DNA of 59,497 nucleotides from Eubacteriales bacterium (GTDB lineage Bacteria; Bacillota; Clostridia; Oscillospirales; CAG-272), in contig JAZNYL010000006.1 of the NCBI GenBank assembly GCA_045594445.1, positions 1 to 59,497 of the forward strand, in the 5' to 3' direction. A model generated the notes under the pieces. That model saw only the letters and a program-made list of their open reading frames with translations, did no database searches and was not told where the DNA came from. Positions 57,139 to 59,497 of the stretch are shown here, piece after piece. Each line of letters opens with the position of its first letter. Position 1 is the stretch's first letter. The position numbers and the translations under genes were made by a program.

Positions 57139-57965
57139 TGAACCATTTTCCTCTTGCAGGAACGCTGGTCAACACGGGCACGGTCATTCTTGGGTCGCTG
57201 ATTGGCCTTGCGATTCACGCGATTTCCAAGAAAGGGAAGCTGAAAAGTCAGCGGTTTGCCGAAATGTCCAAGTCGATCATGAACGGACTCGGCCTGGCCG
57301 TAGTCATGGTGGGCGTTGGTGGCGCTTTGACGGGCGTGATTAACGACGTCGTGTCCGATGCGGTTGCGTACCCTACGGTGCTCAGAACAGGCCTGACGGG
57401 TGAGAACACCATCATCACCATTCTGTCCATCGTGCTTGGTATTTTGGTCGGCGGCCTGATCGATATTGACCGCTGGGTCAATCTGCTTGGCCAAAAGATC
57501 GAGAAGATGTTTAACCGCAACCCCGAGCAAAGTGCCGTACAGGTTCCCGTGGCGCAGGGCTTTGTGTCGGCGTCGCTGTTGTTTTGCGTAGGCTCCATGA
57601 CCATCGTCGGCTCAATTCAGAGCGGACTGATGGGTGACCACGATCTGCTTTATACCAAATCCATGTTGGATCTGGTGTCCTCGATCATTCTGTCCTCCAC
57701 CATGGGGGTCGGCGTGCTGCTTTCTTCCTTGTTCGTGCTGGTTTTCCAGGGCGGGATCGCGCTGGTTGCAAGCATTGCAGGGCAGGGGCTTTCGACCTCT
57801 GTCATTGACACCATGAGTATGGTCGGCTCTGTGCTGATCGTGGGATTGGGATTTAACGTCATGGGCATCACCAAGCTCAAGATTATGAACTATCTTCCCG
57901 CAGTTTTCTTTCCTATCGCCTTGGTGCCGCTTTGGAACTGGGTGGTTGGCCTGATCGCGGGGTAA
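57138..57965 (+). CDS. DUF554 family membrane protein
   Basis: GTLVN, GFVSASLLFCVGSMTIVGSI, KSMLD, NYLPA. Confidence 0.9.
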   Translation: MNHFPLAGTLVNTGTVILGSLIGLAIHAISKKGKLKSQRFAEMSKSIMNGLGLAVVMVGVGGALTGVINDVVSDAVAYPTVLRTGLTGENTIITILSIVLGILVGGLIDIDRWVNLLGQKIEKMFNRNPEQSAVQVPVAQGFVSASLLFCVGSMTIVGSIQSGLMGDHDLLYTKSMLDLVSSIILSSTMGVGVLLSSLFVLVFQGGIALVASIAGQGLSTSVIDTMSMVGSVLIVGLGFNVMGITKLKIMNYLPAVFFPIALVPLWNWVVGLIAG

Positions 57966-57990
57966 TAGAAAAACGAGTATAAGAATAGAA

Positions 57991-58024
57991 CAGGGCTGCT
58001 TCTTGGGAGGCAGCCCTGCTTTTG
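57991..58024 (+). terminator. Intrinsic terminator of glyQS-DUF554
   Basis: CAGGGCTGCTTC-TTGG-GAGGCAGCCCTG-CTTTTT. Confidence 0.75.
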
Positions 58025-58055
58025 AACATAAATATTATTTAGTTGCCAACAAACG

Positions 58056-58092
58056 CAAAAGCACCGTGCCAAGTTGGCACGGTGCTTTTTGC
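58056..58092 (-). terminator. Intrinsic terminator of rplJ-rplL (bidirectional shape)
   Basis: AAAAGCACCGTGCCAA-G-TTGGCACGGTGCTTTT. Confidence 0.75.
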
Positions 58093-58140
58093 TATCCAAG
58101 ACAGATGCAAATTGATTGTGTGTATTTTCCGGAAGGGAAA

Positions 58141-58518
58141 TTACTTGATGGTAACGGTTGCGCCTGCAGCGGTGAGCTGTTCCTTGATCTTCTCTGCGTC
58201 TTCCTTGGAAACGCCTTCCTTCAGAATCTTGGGAGCGCCCTCTACGAGGTCCTTTGCGTCCTTCAGGCCGAGACCGGTGATCTCGCGAACGGCCTTGATA
58301 ACGTCGAGCTTCTTAGCGCCGAAGCTGGTCAGTTCAACGTCGAACTCGGTCTTCTCCTCAACTGCTGCTGCAGCGGGAGCTGCTGCGCCGCCAACTGCTA
58401 CGGGAGCTGCTGCGGATACGCCAAATTCCTCTTCAACTGCCTTAACCAGGTCAGCGAGCTCGAGGATAGTGAGAGTCTTGATTTCTTCAACAATAGCTGT
58501 AATCTTTTCGGATGCCAT
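58141..58518 (-). CDS. rplL: 50S ribosomal protein L7/L12
   Basis: [49 protein letters not shown]. Confidence 0.98.
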   Translation of the reverse strand: MASEKITAIVEEIKTLTILELADLVKAVEEEFGVSAAAPVAVGGAAAPAAAAVEEKTEFDVELTSFGAKKLDVIKAVREITGLGLKDAKDLVEGAPKILKEGVSKEDAEKIKEQLTAAGATVTIK

Positions 58519-58576
58519 GATAAATTACCTCCTGAATTGTGAGTGTTTTTAAAAATTTGTGTGTGATGCAGAAAAT

Positions 58577-58893
58577 TAAGCTTCTGCGGGAGCTTCTGCA
58601 GCTTCTTCGCTGCCACCGTTCTGCTTGTCGATAATAGCCTGCAGACCGTAAGCGAAGTTGTACAGAGGGGACTTGATAGAGCCCAGGAACTTTGCGATGA
58701 GGACTTCCTTGGAGGGAATCTCTGCGAGTGCGTTCACTGCTGCTGCGTCGATAACGCCGCCGTCAACGTAACCTGCGAGGATCTCGAAGGAAGGAATCTT
58801 TTCAGCGTATTCCTTGAGGATCTTTGCTGCTGCAACGGGATCATTCTTGCTGATAGCGATTGCGGTCATGCCGTTCAGGTGCTCCTTCAGAGC
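58577..58893 (-). pseudogene. rplJ: 50S ribosomal protein L10, 3' portion only (5' part missing at junction)
   Basis: ALKEHLNGMTAIAIS..DPVAAAK..LAEIPSKEVLIAK..GSIKSP. The frame upstream turns into non-L10 sequence and hits TGA at 58926-58924. Confidence 0.85.
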
Positions 58894-59274
58894 GAAGAAA
58901 GCTCTCTTCTGATTCTTGGCGAGTCACTTGACCGAATCAAGAGTATTGCGGAAGCAACGCTTGAGGAAAACGGATGCGCTCATACCGTGTCGGTATCTCT
59001 CGGAGAGGAAAAATACCCAACAAAAAATTACGAATCCGCCTGCTTTCCCTCGGGAGTCTACTCCTCGCTTCAGATAAAAATAGGTGATGCGGACGGACAG
59101 AATTGGTGGTGCGTTCTTTTCCCGGCGTTGTGTCTTTCGAGCGCAAAGGGCGCAGAGCAGGCATTTATTGAGGTCGGTCTCACTTCGGAGCAATATAAAA
59201 TAATCACCGAGACCGATGATCCCAAATACAAGATCCGATTTAAGATCCTCGAGGGAATCGAGGGAATGTTTTGA
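58888..59274 (+). pseudogene. spoIIR: Stage II sporulation protein R, 3' portion only
   Basis: YPTKNYE...FPSGVY.SL.IKIGDADGQNWWCVLFPALC..KIRFKILE. Signal peptide and N-terminal IRLHVLANSD region are absent. Confidence 0.85.
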
Positions 59275-59310
59275 TCAACACCGTTTTGACAGATCCAAAT
59301 TTATTTATAA

Positions 59311-59352
59311 AGAGAGAGTCAGATCCAAAATGAATTTGACTCTCTCTTTTTT
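59311..59352. terminator. Bidirectional terminator between convergent genes
   Basis: AGAGAGAGTCAGAT...ATTTGACTCTCTCT with flanking A/T runs. Confidence 0.75.
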
Positions 59353-59354
59353 GT

Positions 59355-59497
59355 TTACTGTTTTATTGCTTCAAGTACTTTTTCAAGAGATCTTTTCGTG
59401 GTCTCGTCTGTTTCCGAGTTGAAAACGATCAAGTTATCGACGGCGTTTTCTTCTTCGAGCAAGGTCGGAACGGAATAGTCTATATTTTTTACGTACG
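59355..59497 (-). CDS. 3' end of an unidentified protein running in from the right edge
   Basis: Open frame YVKNIDYSVPTLLEEENAVDNLIVFNSETDETTKRSLEKVLEAIKQ* ending at TAA just before the terminator. Confidence 0.55.
   Translation of the reverse strand, partial: YVKNIDYSVPTLLEEENAVDNLIVFNSETDETTKRSLEKVLEAIKQ

Noticed and set aside
58879..59274. Intact 131-aa gene starting at GTG 58879
   Set aside because: The GTG lies inside the rplJ antisense sequence with no RBS, and the product is only the C-terminal part of SpoIIR.

Overview
Chromosomal window from an endospore-forming, moderately GC-rich Clostridia-like (Bacillota) genome. Left part is housekeeping: lon and the start of engB on the minus strand; a promoter/terminator-bounded ~180-nt candidate small RNA; L20 leader-infC-rpmI-rplT; a TrmH methylase; then the tightly coupled run dprA-topA-trmFO-rnc-radical SAM-smc-ftsY-rdgB-yhbY-nadD-yqeK-rsfS. 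A ~16-kb accessory cell-surface block (19.4-35.6 kb) follows. It holds three tandem paralogous secreted, C-terminally anchored proteins, four permease-less solute-binding lipoproteins with DxNG(D/N)G loops, a metallophosphoesterase and a large CotH-kinase/RCC1 lipoprotein. Two units in this block share a near-identical ECF-type promoter. The right part has spoIIIAA-AH, an ATPase, miaB-ylbF-mutS-mutL-tgt-HAD-tldD-pmbA, rny, glyQS and DUF554. The window ends with rplL plus a half rplJ fused back-to-back to a half spoIIR, probably a chimeric junction. Best leads: a 4x42-bp GTAG-type REP-like array read in frame inside mutL; the shared ECF promoter; mosaic orphan SBP paralogs with a recurring ATATCCG motif and a 10-bp tandem repeat at the first promoter; and three unexplained structured intergenic RNA candidates. 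No rRNA, tRNA, CRISPR array or transposase was seen. All calls come from reading motifs by eye; no searches were run.
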